Assembly (NCBI GenBank): GCA_964344755.1 | Contig: CAYFOH010000002.1 | Span: 277-64,276, forward strand | Length of the DNA: 64,000 bases | From: an uncultured Methanosarcinales archaeon | GTDB taxonomy: Archaea > Nanobdellota > Nanobdellia > Woesearchaeales > GW2011-AR9 | Direction: 5' to 3' | Shown here: positions 25,649-35,675 of the stretch, one piece after another | How positions within the stretch are numbered: the stretch's first letter is position 1 | How the letters are laid out: every line of letters begins with the position of its first letter | Notes under the pieces: model-generated | Told to the model about the DNA's origin: nothing | Seen by the model: the letters and a program-made list of their open reading frames with translations, nothing else | Databases searched by the model: none | Position numbers and translations under genes: made by a program

Positions 25649-26740
25649 TTACTCGTATGATTTCAAAAGGTCACTTGCATATTTTCTCATAATTGTTAAT
25701 AGGTTGTTTTCTTCAAAAGGAAGATAAACTAATCTTGTTTCTCTGTCACCAATAAATCTTAATGGTTTTAGAAGTAATTCATCAAGTTCTATAATAAGTG
25801 CTCCGTCACGAGCACTCTTAATTTTTTGGGTAACCTGCTTAGTGGTTGAATAAACACCACCAGGAACAACAACTTCCCTACCATTGCTATCATAGACTAG
25901 AGTAAGACCAAAAATAGAAGGGTCACCCAACCCCTGTTTATTTTTTACTGCACCAACAAGGCCATCGCCTTTAACAGATAGTAAAGATAATCCCTTCTCT
26001 TCACGAAAGGCCTTGGGGAAATGTTGTTCTACAAAAGCACATCTACCAACACCAGAAGAAGTACGACGTAGAAACTTTATTCTTTCAGATTTAATTCCTT
26101 TGCCTTGTGAATCTAAATAGGGATCAACTTCTTTTTGTAAACATTCTGGAAGATTGTCCCTCCCTATTACTGAAAGAAGAGGTAAAAGTTCATTTTGACG
26201 AACGATTAATTGATTTATTTGATTATTTAATGACGCCTCCAGTTTATTGCTAGAAATCTTATCAAAATATAATGCCAGATAATAACCTGCCGCACTTTCA
26301 GCCCCTTGGATTTGGGCTTCCAAAAATTGTGAACGAGATTCCACAGTTAGTTCTGATGCCCAAAAGGAATAATTTTGAAGACTGCCACGAAAGCCAATCC
26401 TTCTCCCTTCTGGTGAAAGAGAAGGATCACATCCAGTTAATACATTAAATAAACTTTTAATATCAACAGAAAAGTTTGCTTCTTTTAATACTCCAGGAAG
26501 ATAGGTTAAAATTTTATTTGGATTTATTGCACCATTTTTTAATCTGTTTTCTAATTCCTCTTGGTTTCTAACACCATCCAAAAGTTTTTGACCCCATCTA
26601 TAAGAGTCAGCAACGTTGGCCATAGCCTCTTCTTTAGTAAAACCATCTTCCATAAGGTTTCTTAGAAAATTGTTAAAGTCATCTTTTTTAGACATAAAAA
26701 TAGTTAGGTTTAAGTCTAATATTAAAAGTTTATGTCCCAA
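25649..26740 (-). CDS. hypothetical protein
   Basis: 363-aa ORF; the true start may be the internal Met (MSKKDD, complement of 26693..26695). No recognised motif. Confidence 0.4.
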   Translation of the reverse strand: MGHKLLILDLNLTIFMSKKDDFNNFLRNLMEDGFTKEEAMANVADSYRWGQKLLDGVRNQEELENRLKNGAINPNKILTYLPGVLKEANFSVDIKSLFNVLTGCDPSLSPEGRRIGFRGSLQNYSFWASELTVESRSQFLEAQIQGAESAAGYYLALYFDKISSNKLEASLNNQINQLIVRQNELLPLLSVIGRDNLPECLQKEVDPYLDSQGKGIKSERIKFLRRTSSGVGRCAFVEQHFPKAFREEKGLSLLSVKGDGLVGAVKNKQGLGDPSIFGLTLVYDSNGREVVVPGGVYSTTKQVTQKIKSARDGALIIELDELLLKPLRFIGDRETRLVYLPFEENNLLTIMRKYASDLLKSYE

Positions 26741-26779
26741 TAGTTCTGTTCGTAAGGATAGAAGATTGGTAAAAGTGCG

Positions 26780-27295
26780 TTAAATTTTGTTCTTATTTAT
26801 CTTAAGAAGATAACCTAAATAATTTGTAGCTATGTGTAAGATCGGACTAAGGATAAAGAGAACAATAACTATTTCAATTGGAGGGATGTAAACAAAAGAA
26901 GCGAGAACAAAGGCTCCTATCACAAAATCTAACTGGTCCCAAAAAAGCCACGGCTTACCTGGCTTAATCCCCCTCTTCCTTTTGTAATAACTTTCTACTA
27001 AATCACCCAATATAGCGCCCAAACCTAAGAATAACCCCAATATTAGGGAGAAATCCCTATACTCAATCAGTGACAAAAGTTTAAAACCATGTTGATGCAG
27101 AATTTTTTGTATTAAAAAAATTATAACACCTGCCAGAGTCCCACCCAGAAGACCTCTCCATGTTTTATTCTGTCCAAACAGTTTCTTATTAATCGGTTTA
27201 TTTGCTAAATTTACTTTTTTTAATAGAACAGGAGTCATATTTGCAATATAAGCTGGTAGAAAAAAATAGGCAGCTTTTAAAATAATTAAGGACAT
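26780..27295 (-). CDS. carS: CDP-archaeol synthase (CarS, DUF46 / CTP-transferase-like)
   Basis: Polytopic membrane protein with NKTWRG and the C-terminal GDLVESYYKRKRGIKPGKPWLFWDQLD block, which resembles the CdsA/CarS signature. The track ORF has an N-terminal extension that looks non-coding, so the start is moved to the Met at 27293..27295. Confidence 0.55.
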   Translation of the reverse strand: MSLIILKAAYFFLPAYIANMTPVLLKKVNLANKPINKKLFGQNKTWRGLLGGTLAGVIIFLIQKILHQHGFKLLSLIEYRDFSLILGLFLGLGAILGDLVESYYKRKRGIKPGKPWLFWDQLDFVIGAFVLASFVYIPPIEIVIVLFILSPILHIATNYLGYLLKINKNKI

Positions 27296-27414
27296 TTCTC
27301 TTGTAGTTATTTTAATATTTAAATAATTAACTAATACCCTTAAAATACATAACAAAAACACTAGTTCAGAATAGTAAAAAATATTTAAATAGGAAAGCTT
27401 CTTTCCAAAAACAA

Positions 27415-27460
27415 ACACTAGATGTGTGAAAGATAGATGTTTTATTCCCACATCTAGTGT
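27415..27460 (+). promoter_or_regulatory. pair of inverted NrdR-box-like operators (ACACTAGATGTG / CACATCTAGTGT) upstream of nrdR
   Basis: Two 12-bp units, exact reverse complements of each other, with centres 34 bp apart. They lie just upstream of the GGGGTGA RBS and the nrdR start. Confidence 0.5.
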
Positions 27461-27477
27461 TCAAAAGGGGTGAGAAG

Positions 27478-27903
27478 ATGTATTGTCCGTTCTGTTGTAA
27501 ATCAGAAACTAAGGTGTTAGAGAGTAGAGTTTCTGAAGAAAATGTAAGAAGAAGAAGAGAATGTTTAGACTGTACTAATCGTTTCACTACTTATGAAAAA
27601 GTTCATTTTAACTTCAATGTAGCTAAAAAAAATGGCCAACTACAAGCATTCGATGAAAATAAGCTTAGTAGGAGTGTGAAACTGGCCTGTGCCAAATTAG
27701 AAAATGAAGCATTAATTCAAAAGATTAAACAAAAAATTATTAGTAAAAAAATTAACCCTATCCCTTCAAAAGAAATTGGAAAAATAGTGTTAAAAGAGTT
27801 AAAAAAAATAGACAAAATGGCTTACTTAAGGTTTGCTTCTGTTTATAAGGAGATTGATAATCCTGAAAGTCTAAAAAAAGAGCTTAAAACAATAATAAGT
27901 TAA
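27478..27903 (+). CDS. nrdR: transcriptional repressor NrdR (zinc ribbon + ATP-cone)
   Basis: MYCPFC...RRRRECLDCTNRFTTYE zinc ribbon, then an ATP-cone, collinear with E. coli NrdR. Confidence 0.85.
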   Translation: MYCPFCCKSETKVLESRVSEENVRRRRECLDCTNRFTTYEKVHFNFNVAKKNGQLQAFDENKLSRSVKLACAKLENEALIQKIKQKIISKKINPIPSKEIGKIVLKELKKIDKMAYLRFASVYKEIDNPESLKKELKTIIS

Positions 27904-27929
27904 CCATTGGAAAATGAGGTGAACATAAG

Positions 27930-29939
27930 ATGCAAGAAGAGAATAATGAGATGTTTGTGGAAAAACAAAAAGAAATTTTAGAAGGTAAGACAACCAACTT
28001 ACCTTTTAGTTTGAATGCTTTACAGGTAATTGCCAAACGTTATTTAGTTAAAGACGTTGAAGGCAAAATCACCGAATCACCAGAGGAGATGTTTGAAAGA
28101 GTAGCAAGATCCTTGGCACAAGTAGAAAACCAATACGGAAAATCTGCAGAAGAGATTGAAAAAATCCGTCAAGATTTCTTAAGGGTCCTAATCAACAGAG
28201 AATTCACTCCAGCCGGAAGAACTTTAGCTAATGCTGGAGGTCCTACAAGACTAGTTTCAAATTGTATTGTCCTGCATATTGAAGACAGCATGCAGGGAAT
28301 TTTTAAAACTCTACAAGAAGCTTCTTTGTTACAACAAGCTGGTTCCGGCTTAGGCTTCCCACTACATTTGATGAGGCCAGCAGGTTTTTCAACAATTAAA
28401 TCCAGAGGAGAAGCCTCAGGCCCTGTCAGTTTCCTAAAAGTGTATAACACTGCGTTTGGTGTCATCAAACAACAAAATAGACACGGAGCTAATATGGCTG
28501 TTATGAGAGTTGATCATCCAGACATTCTCGAGTTTGTTCATTGCAAGGAACAAGAGGGAGCTATTAAAAATTTTAACGTGTCAGTTGGTCTTACTAATGA
28601 GTTTATGGAACAAGTTAAAAGAGATTCCCCTGAACCTTGGATGTGTGAATGGAATGGCCAAAAAATGAAGCCAAGAAGGATTTATCGTAACCAAAATTTT
28701 AGTGTGACTAAAGTAGAAGAAGTAAACATGACTGCTCGACAGTTGTTTGAAGAAATTATTACTTGTGCTTGGAATAACGGAGAGCCAGGTTGTGTGTTTT
28801 TAGATACTGTAAACGATACTAACCCTGTACCTGGTTTAGGTAGAATTGAAGCATGTAATCCTTGCGGCGAACAGTTCCTTCACGACGGCGATGTGTGTAA
28901 CTTAGGTTCAATCATTCTAGAAAATTTTGTTACCAAAGATCGACAAATCGACTATAATAGATTAAGAGAAGTTACTAGAACAGCTGTAAGAATGTTAGAC
29001 AACGTCGTGGACTTATCAGACTTTCCAGTGGATAAGGTGAATAACACTTTTAGAGGCAATCGAAGGCTTGGTCTTGGAATCATGGGTTTTGCTGACATGC
29101 TTTACAAGTTAAGAATTCCTTATAACTCTGCCGAAGGATTTGATACTGCGGAAAGAGTCATGGGTTGTATTCAAAGATCCGCTAAGGAGATGTCAAGAGA
29201 ATTAGCTGAAGAGAAAGGTGTATTTCCTAACTGGGAAAAAAGTGTTTATTATCAGAAAGGTATCAAGATTAGGAATGCTGCTTTGACTAACATTGCTCCA
29301 ACTGGAACAATCAGTATGGTCTTTGATGTTTCTGGAGGAGTAGAACCTTACTTTGCTCTTGCTTACCATTATAAAGGTATTTTAGGTGGCGACGTAGAAC
29401 TTTACTATGTTAACAAACATCTTAGGTCTGAATTGGAAAAAAAAGGCTTGCACACACAAGAAATAATGGAAAAAATTTGTAAAGAAGGTACCTTACAAAA
29501 CATTCCAGAGATCCCGGAAGAAACTAAAAGGGTCTTTGTGACATCCATGGATATCTCTCCTGAGGATCATACTAGAATGCAAGCTGCTTTCCAAAGACAT
29601 ATTGATAATGCAATCTCTAAAACAATTAACTTCCCAAACGGTGCAACAAAGGAAGATGTTTTACAAGGCTATCTTCTAGCTTGGGAGTTAGGTTGTAAGG
29701 GATGCACTGTTTACAGGGATGGAAGTAGGGAACTACAGGTATTGAATTTAAATAAAGACAAAGAACAGAACAAGGAAAAAGAAACTAAAGAACAAGTAAT
29801 GGTGCAAACAACCACTGATAGAATCAATAAACATCAGATCATGCGTTCTGGAGAGTGTCCAGAATGTTCTGGTCAGATCAGAGTTTCTGAGGGTTGTTAC
29901 ACCTGTTTAGACTGCGGTCATTCAGCTTGTAGTCTTTAA
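27930..29939 (+). CDS. nrdJ: class II (adenosylcobalamin-dependent) ribonucleotide reductase with C-terminal zinc ribbon
   Basis: 669 aa in NrdJ/RNR class II layout. Carries the class II active-site motifs CNPCGEQ and VSNCIVL, and the C-terminal CPECSG...CYTCLDCGHSAC. Confidence 0.9.
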   Translation: MQEENNEMFVEKQKEILEGKTTNLPFSLNALQVIAKRYLVKDVEGKITESPEEMFERVARSLAQVENQYGKSAEEIEKIRQDFLRVLINREFTPAGRTLANAGGPTRLVSNCIVLHIEDSMQGIFKTLQEASLLQQAGSGLGFPLHLMRPAGFSTIKSRGEASGPVSFLKVYNTAFGVIKQQNRHGANMAVMRVDHPDILEFVHCKEQEGAIKNFNVSVGLTNEFMEQVKRDSPEPWMCEWNGQKMKPRRIYRNQNFSVTKVEEVNMTARQLFEEIITCAWNNGEPGCVFLDTVNDTNPVPGLGRIEACNPCGEQFLHDGDVCNLGSIILENFVTKDRQIDYNRLREVTRTAVRMLDNVVDLSDFPVDKVNNTFRGNRRLGLGIMGFADMLYKLRIPYNSAEGFDTAERVMGCIQRSAKEMSRELAEEKGVFPNWEKSVYYQKGIKIRNAALTNIAPTGTISMVFDVSGGVEPYFALAYHYKGILGGDVELYYVNKHLRSELEKKGLHTQEIMEKICKEGTLQNIPEIPEETKRVFVTSMDISPEDHTRMQAAFQRHIDNAISKTINFPNGATKEDVLQGYLLAWELGCKGCTVYRDGSRELQVLNLNKDKEQNKEKETKEQVMVQTTTDRINKHQIMRSGECPECSGQIRVSEGCYTCLDCGHSACSL

Positions 29940-29947
29940 AAAAACAA

Positions 29948-31978
29948 ATGGCTTTAAAGAAAGTAATTAAAAGAGACAAAAGGGTTGTTCCTTTTGATCT
30001 AAATAGAATAAGTGATGCTATCTTTAGAGCCGCAATCACAGTCGGTGGGAAAGACAAAGATCTGGCTTTTTCTTTGGCCGAAGAAATTGCTCAAATCTTG
30101 GAATTAAAGTTTGAAAGTGAAGTGCCAACAGTTGAAAACGTACAAGACGTGGTAGAAAAAACTCTTATTAAGAGAGGACATGCTAAAACTGCTAAAGCTT
30201 ATATTTTACACCGACATCTTAAAGACGAAGAAAGAAGAAAAAGAACCCTTATCCTAGGAGTTGATCAACCAGAAGAAAACTTAAACTTTTCTAATCAAGC
30301 TCTTAAAATATTAGAAAGAAGATATTTGCTTCGGGATGACCAAGGAAAGGTTGTGGAAACGCCTAAAGGCATGTTGAGAAGGGTAGCCAAAAATATTGCC
30401 AAGGCTGACCTAAAATATGGGAAAGAAGATGTCAAAGAGATTGTTGAAGAATTTTTTGAAGTCATGGCTGAGTTGAAGTTTTTACCTAATTCGCCCACCC
30501 TAATGAACGCTGGAACAAAGACTCAGCAACTAAGCTCTTGTTTTGTTCTTCCCATTGAAGACAACATGGAAGGAATTTTTGGAACACTTAAAGATTCGGC
30601 AGTTATCCATCAAAGAGGGAGCGGAACTGGCTTTTCTTTCTCTCGTCTGCGTCCAAAAGGAGATCGTGTTAGAAGAAACCTAGGCGTAGCAGCTGGCCCA
30701 ATAGCTTTCCTAACAATCTATGATAAAAGTTTAGAGGCCATTAAGCAAGGAGGTATTCGTCCTGGCGCCAACATGGCTGTAATGAGGGTAGATCATCCAG
30801 ACATCATCCGTTTCATTGAATCAAAAAGAGATAAAAACAAACTTAAAAATTTTAACATATCTGTAGCCGTGACTGATCGTTTCATGCAGGCAGTTGAAAA
30901 TGATAGGGAATACTACATTACTAATCCACGAACCAACAAATATTCAGGGAGATTAAGAGCAAGAGATGTTTTTGCGTTAATAACACAAAACGCTTGGAAG
31001 ACTGGTGACCCTGGTTTGATTTTCCTTGATGAAATCAATCGTAAACATCCTGCCAAGCATTTAGGACTTATTGAAACAACTAATCAGTGCGGGGAAGCTC
31101 CATTACTTCCCTACGAAGGATGTGCTTTGGGTTCTATAAATCTTAACAAATTTTTTAAAGAAGGAAAGGTCGATTGGAAAGATTTAAAAAAAACTGTTCA
31201 AACGGCAGTACATTTTCTAGACAATGTTATTGATATGAATTCTTATCCTAAAAAAACAATTGAAGAAGCCACCAAAAGAACAAGAAAGTTTGGGTTAGGG
31301 ATGATGGGTTTTGCAGATCTCCTCTGTAAACTTGATCTTTCCTACGGCTCTAAAGAAAGCCTAGAATTTGCTGAAGAGTTAATCTCTTTTATTAAAAAAA
31401 TTGCTTACGAGTCTTCAATGAAACTAGCTGAAGAAAGGGGTGTTTGTCCTGCCTGGGAAGGTTCAGACCACCAAAAACAAGGAAGAAAAATGAGGAACAT
31501 GACTTGTCTTTCTATTTCTCCCACCGGAACAATAAGCATTTTGGCTGATGCCTCTTCTGGTTGTGAACCTTTATTTGCTATTTCCTATCAGAAGATGGTT
31601 TTTGGTGACACAGATTTGGTTTATTTAAATCAAGATTTTAAAAAGTTAGCCGTTGAAAAAGAATTTTATTCACCAGAACTTGTAAGAAAAATATCTCTCA
31701 GTGGAACCATCCAACATCTTAAAGAAATTCCAAAACATGTAAGAGACATATTCGTTACAGCACAGGACATTAGCCCCGAAGAACATATTAAAATGCAAGC
31801 AGTGCTACAAAAAGAAGTTGACAATTCCATCTCTAAAACAATTAATTTTGAAAAAACAGCTTCCATTAAGGACGTAGAAAATGCCTATCTGTTAGCCTGG
31901 AAGAACAAATGTAAGGGAATCACCATTTACAGAGATGGAAGCTACGAAGACCAAGTTATAACTTTGGGGGAGGGATAA
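29948..31978 (+). CDS. nrdJ: class II ribonucleotide reductase paralog with N-terminal ATP-cone, no C-terminal zinc ribbon
   Basis: N-terminal VIKRDKRVVPFDLNRISDAI is an ATP-cone. The rest is collinear with the upstream NrdJ, with the matching motifs TNQCGEAP and SSCFVLPIED. Confidence 0.85.
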   Translation: MALKKVIKRDKRVVPFDLNRISDAIFRAAITVGGKDKDLAFSLAEEIAQILELKFESEVPTVENVQDVVEKTLIKRGHAKTAKAYILHRHLKDEERRKRTLILGVDQPEENLNFSNQALKILERRYLLRDDQGKVVETPKGMLRRVAKNIAKADLKYGKEDVKEIVEEFFEVMAELKFLPNSPTLMNAGTKTQQLSSCFVLPIEDNMEGIFGTLKDSAVIHQRGSGTGFSFSRLRPKGDRVRRNLGVAAGPIAFLTIYDKSLEAIKQGGIRPGANMAVMRVDHPDIIRFIESKRDKNKLKNFNISVAVTDRFMQAVENDREYYITNPRTNKYSGRLRARDVFALITQNAWKTGDPGLIFLDEINRKHPAKHLGLIETTNQCGEAPLLPYEGCALGSINLNKFFKEGKVDWKDLKKTVQTAVHFLDNVIDMNSYPKKTIEEATKRTRKFGLGMMGFADLLCKLDLSYGSKESLEFAEELISFIKKIAYESSMKLAEERGVCPAWEGSDHQKQGRKMRNMTCLSISPTGTISILADASSGCEPLFAISYQKMVFGDTDLVYLNQDFKKLAVEKEFYSPELVRKISLSGTIQHLKEIPKHVRDIFVTAQDISPEEHIKMQAVLQKEVDNSISKTINFEKTASIKDVENAYLLAWKNKCKGITIYRDGSYEDQVITLGEG

Positions 31979-31980
31979 AA

Positions 31981-32544
31981 ATTAAAATTTATACTAAGGT
32001 TGGAGATAAAGGACAGACATCTTTTTTTGGATGCGGCATGATTCAGAAAGACGATCCTCGAATAGAAGCCGTGGGTTCTTTAGATGAATTAAATTCTACA
32101 ATTGGTTTAGCCCTTTGCTTCGTGCAAAAGGAAGAGTTAAGAAAAAAGTTAGTTAAAATTCAAAACGATTTGTTTACTGTTGGAGCCGACCTTGCAGGGA
32201 GTGCTTTACCTTTAGAAAAAACTCCCAGAATAACTGACGCACATATTACGGAAGTTGAGGAAATAATTGATATTTTAGAAGAGAAGTTAGGTATGCCTAA
32301 AAAGTTTATCTTGCCTGGAGGTACTTTAACCAGTTCTTTATTGCATTTGTGTAGATCTGTTGCTAGAAGAGCAGAAAGAAATTTGGTGCAAGCCTCAGGG
32401 AAAGTTAATTTAAATCCTGCTTTGTTAAGGTATGTTAATCGTCTAAGCGATTTTCTTTATGTTTTGGCTAGAGATGCTAACCACGAAGAAAGTTTGCAGG
32501 AACAACATCCTTTGTATAAGTATATTAAGGATGGGGACTGTTAG
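31981..32544 (+). CDS. pduO: PduO-type ATP:cob(I)alamin adenosyltransferase; probable non-ATG (ATT) start
   Basis: The frame is open upstream of the first ATG (32038) and encodes KIYTKVGDKGQTSFFGCG, the canonical MKIYTKTGDKGxTSL N-terminal ATP-binding motif of PduO-type ATR. There is no in-frame ATG, GTG or TTG upstream. Confidence 0.65.
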   Translation: MKIYTKVGDKGQTSFFGCGMIQKDDPRIEAVGSLDELNSTIGLALCFVQKEELRKKLVKIQNDLFTVGADLAGSALPLEKTPRITDAHITEVEEIIDILEEKLGMPKKFILPGGTLTSSLLHLCRSVARRAERNLVQASGKVNLNPALLRYVNRLSDFLYVLARDANHEESLQEQHPLYKYIKDGDC

Positions 32545-32600
32545 AAAATAAACATTCCACGACAACATTATTTATTTAACACCTACTTCTTTCCAATAAT

Positions 32601-33236
32601 ATGGTGTTAGAAATAGAGGTGTTAAAACCAGGTACGTTGCACGTAATAACGGGGGGTATGAAAGCCAAAAAAACTATGAGGTTTCTTTCACCTTTTATTG
32701 ATCTGGAACAAACTACAATTAGAGCTCAATTACTCAAGCCCCATTGCGATTTTAGAAAAGAACTACATGATCAGTTTAATTTAGGCAGGGAATACATAGT
32801 TTCTCGTGACGGATTTCATCTTCCTGCAACACCCGTAGACGATACAAACCCAGAAGACTTTGTAAATAAACTAGATCCATATGCTCAAATCTATGGTGTT
32901 TCTGAGATTCAATTATTTGAAGGATCTAATGTTATTGTAAAAACAATTCTTGGCCTACTAAATGATGGAAAATCTGTCGTTGTTGAAGGGTTGGACAAAA
33001 ACTTTAGAGGAGAACCTTATCATCCGCTTCCAGAATTAATGGCTTACGCAACCTCAGTACAAAAGTTTTACGGACGCTGCGACCTGAAAGAATGTAACGA
33101 GAAAGGAGAATACCCACAAAGAATTATTGATGGAGTACCCGCAGATTATAATTCTCCAGTTAAATTAGTTGGCGCTTCGGAAGCTTATGAAATTCGTTGT
33201 TTGAAACACCACCAGGTACCTAACAAACCCAAATGA
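32601..33236 (+). CDS. tdk: thymidine kinase
   Basis: P-loop-like VITGGMKAKKT, SEIQLFEG at the DE(A/G)QFF position, and a C-terminal Cys cluster (RCDLKEC...C) resembling the TK zinc lasso. Confidence 0.6.
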   Translation: MVLEIEVLKPGTLHVITGGMKAKKTMRFLSPFIDLEQTTIRAQLLKPHCDFRKELHDQFNLGREYIVSRDGFHLPATPVDDTNPEDFVNKLDPYAQIYGVSEIQLFEGSNVIVKTILGLLNDGKSVVVEGLDKNFRGEPYHPLPELMAYATSVQKFYGRCDLKECNEKGEYPQRIIDGVPADYNSPVKLVGASEAYEIRCLKHHQVPNKPK

Positions 33237-35629
33237 TTCTTAAAAAAATAAAATTAGAGAATATCCGATCTTATCAACAAGAAACCGTTAATTTTCCTTC
33301 TGGATCTGTTGTTTTGGCAGGAGATATTGGATCTGGAAAATCTTCTTTGCTATTAGCTATAGAATTTGCTTTGTTTGGTTCTTCAAGACCGGATTTGCCA
33401 GCAGAATCTCTGTTAAGGAAAGGTTCCAACCTTGGATCAGTAGAACTGACACTACAATTAAATGGACAAGAAATGATAATTAAAAGAGTTCTTAAGAAAG
33501 ATAAAAATGCAATTAGACAGATGCCAGGTTATCTCATTGTTAACGGACTAAAAAAAGAGTTAACTCCTGTTGAACTGAAAGCAGAGATAATTCGGCTTTT
33601 AGGTTATCCGGAAGAGTTTGCCAGTAAAAATAAGAATTACATCTTCCGCTACACAGTGTACACACCACAAGAAGATATGAAAAGTATTCTTTTTGAGAAT
33701 TCTGAACTAAGATTAGACTCATTAAGGAAAATTTTTAACATTGACAAGTACATTAACATTAGAAACAATCTGCAAAATTATCTCAGAGATCTTAGAAAAC
33801 AGATAGCCATTTTAAAAACGAAAACAGAAGATCTGCCTGAAAAAAAACAAGAGCTGAATTCTTTTTTAGAAGAGAAAAATAAAGTGGAAGAAGAGCTAGC
33901 CAGCTTAGAAAAAGAGTTACAACAGAAGAAGGAAAAATTAGAAAAACAAAGAACTTGTTTAACTGAACTAAAGGAACAAAAAAGGAAATTTGACGAATAT
34001 AAAAATAAAAAAGAAAAAGTTGAACTTCTTCTAAAAGAAAAAAAGGAACAGCTTCTGTTAGGACAAGAAAAAGAGAAAGAATTATCTGAAATTTTTATTA
34101 ACAGTTCCCATAATCTCGGCAACAAAGAAGAAATTGAAACAAAATTAAAAAATCTCGAAGAAGAAAAACAGTTATTTCTTAATAAAAGAAATTTGTTGAA
34201 AGAAAGAATTACAAGAACTCAACAGTTCTTATTAGAGATTAAAAATGAACTATCTTCTCTAGAAAAAGAAGTTTCTATTTTAGAACAAAAAGAGACTAAA
34301 AAGCAAGAATTAGAAGCTATTAATAATAAAGAAGACATCAAAATTAACATAGTTAATTTAGAACATTCCTTAAAACAGATTTACGAGAAGATTTCAGAAA
34401 AAGAAACTGTTCTTAAACAATCCCTTAAATTAAAAAACAAAATAGTTGACCTAGATAATTGCCCCACTTGTTTACAAGAAGTATCAGACGACCACAGAGG
34501 AAGAATAGTTAACCAAGAAAGTCAAAAAATAAATGTCTTAGAAGAAGAGGTCTTTCAAGCAACTAAAGAAAAAAAAATTATTGTTGAAAGGTTGGAACTA
34601 GCAAAAAAAGACTTAGAAGAAAAAAACAGAAAAGAACGCGAATTGGCTGTTTTAAATGTGGAAATCTCAAAATTGAAAGAACAAAAACAAAACATTGTTC
34701 AAAAAAGAGAACAGTTTAGCTCCCTTGTAAAAGAAAACAATTCTTTAATTGAAGAATTTGCAGATCTTAACAAAAAATACCAAGAAGAAAAACTGTTAGA
34801 AGAAATCGATTCACTAAAAGAGAAACTTAGAAAGTGTATAGAAGTGGAAAATCTTAATGTCAGGTTAAAAGAAAAAAGAGAAGAACTTGAAAGAATAAAA
34901 CAGCAACTATCGGATTTATTAGGAGAACAAGAACTAATTTTGAAACATGAGATAAGTAATCCTCATCAATTGATAGTAGAACAAGAAGAAAAAGTAAATA
35001 AAAGCTTGGAAGAAGAAAAAAACCTGTCTGTTAATCAAGCAAGACTCCAAAACAGCAAAGAACATCTCCGCCTACAAATAGAAAAATCTGAAGAAAAAAT
35101 TAAACTCCTCCTAGAACATAAAAACAAATTGGTAAAACTTAAAGAAAATTACTATTGGTTAGACAAATATTTCCTAAAACTGACTTATACCATAGAAAAA
35201 CAAGTAATGTTAAAGATCCACCAGCTTTTCGATCAACTGTTCCAAGAATGGTTCTCCATTTTAATGGAAGACGAAAACATTTCTGCTAGAATTGATGATT
35301 CTTTTACCCCTATTATTGAACAAAACGGGTATGATGTTGCTTTCAACTATCTTAGTGGGGGAGAAAAGACCTCTGCTGCCCTAGCATACAGACTTGCTTT
35401 AAATAAAGTGATAAATGATGTTATTCACCAAATAAATACTAAAAATTTAATTATCCTTGATGAACCAACTGATGGTTTCAGCTCTGAACAATTAGATAAA
35501 GTAAGAGACGTCCTAGAACGGCTAAAATTACAACAAATTCTAATAGTTTCTCATGAATCAAAAATTGAAAGTTTTGTTGAAAATGTGATTAGGATAGAAA
35601 AAAGAGGGCACGTGAGTACTATCGGATAA
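33233..35629 (+). CDS. rad50: Rad50/SbcC-family SMC-like ATPase with zinc hook
   Basis: Walker A AGDIGSGKSS. Long coiled coils with a central CPTC zinc hook. ABC signature LSGGEKTSAALA and Walker B LIILDEPTDG. Its start overlaps the tdk stop. Confidence 0.8.
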   Translation: MILKKIKLENIRSYQQETVNFPSGSVVLAGDIGSGKSSLLLAIEFALFGSSRPDLPAESLLRKGSNLGSVELTLQLNGQEMIIKRVLKKDKNAIRQMPGYLIVNGLKKELTPVELKAEIIRLLGYPEEFASKNKNYIFRYTVYTPQEDMKSILFENSELRLDSLRKIFNIDKYINIRNNLQNYLRDLRKQIAILKTKTEDLPEKKQELNSFLEEKNKVEEELASLEKELQQKKEKLEKQRTCLTELKEQKRKFDEYKNKKEKVELLLKEKKEQLLLGQEKEKELSEIFINSSHNLGNKEEIETKLKNLEEEKQLFLNKRNLLKERITRTQQFLLEIKNELSSLEKEVSILEQKETKKQELEAINNKEDIKINIVNLEHSLKQIYEKISEKETVLKQSLKLKNKIVDLDNCPTCLQEVSDDHRGRIVNQESQKINVLEEEVFQATKEKKIIVERLELAKKDLEEKNRKERELAVLNVEISKLKEQKQNIVQKREQFSSLVKENNSLIEEFADLNKKYQEEKLLEEIDSLKEKLRKCIEVENLNVRLKEKREELERIKQQLSDLLGEQELILKHEISNPHQLIVEQEEKVNKSLEEEKNLSVNQARLQNSKEHLRLQIEKSEEKIKLLLEHKNKLVKLKENYYWLDKYFLKLTYTIEKQVMLKIHQLFDQLFQEWFSILMEDENISARIDDSFTPIIEQNGYDVAFNYLSGGEKTSAALAYRLALNKVINDVIHQINTKNLIILDEPTDGFSSEQLDKVRDVLERLKLQQILIVSHESKIESFVENVIRIEKRGHVSTIG

Positions 35630-35675
35630 TAAAATTACAAAAAACTTATATAAAGGAATAATATATATAGATAAC

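Noticed and set aside
26780-27451. Full 223-aa version of the CarS ORF and the 73-aa ORF at 27366..27587
   Set aside because: The extra 52 N-terminal residues translate AT-rich promoter-like DNA (MGIKHLSFTHLVFVFGKK...) and would run through the nrdR operator region. An internal Met gives a typical roughly 170-aa CarS.
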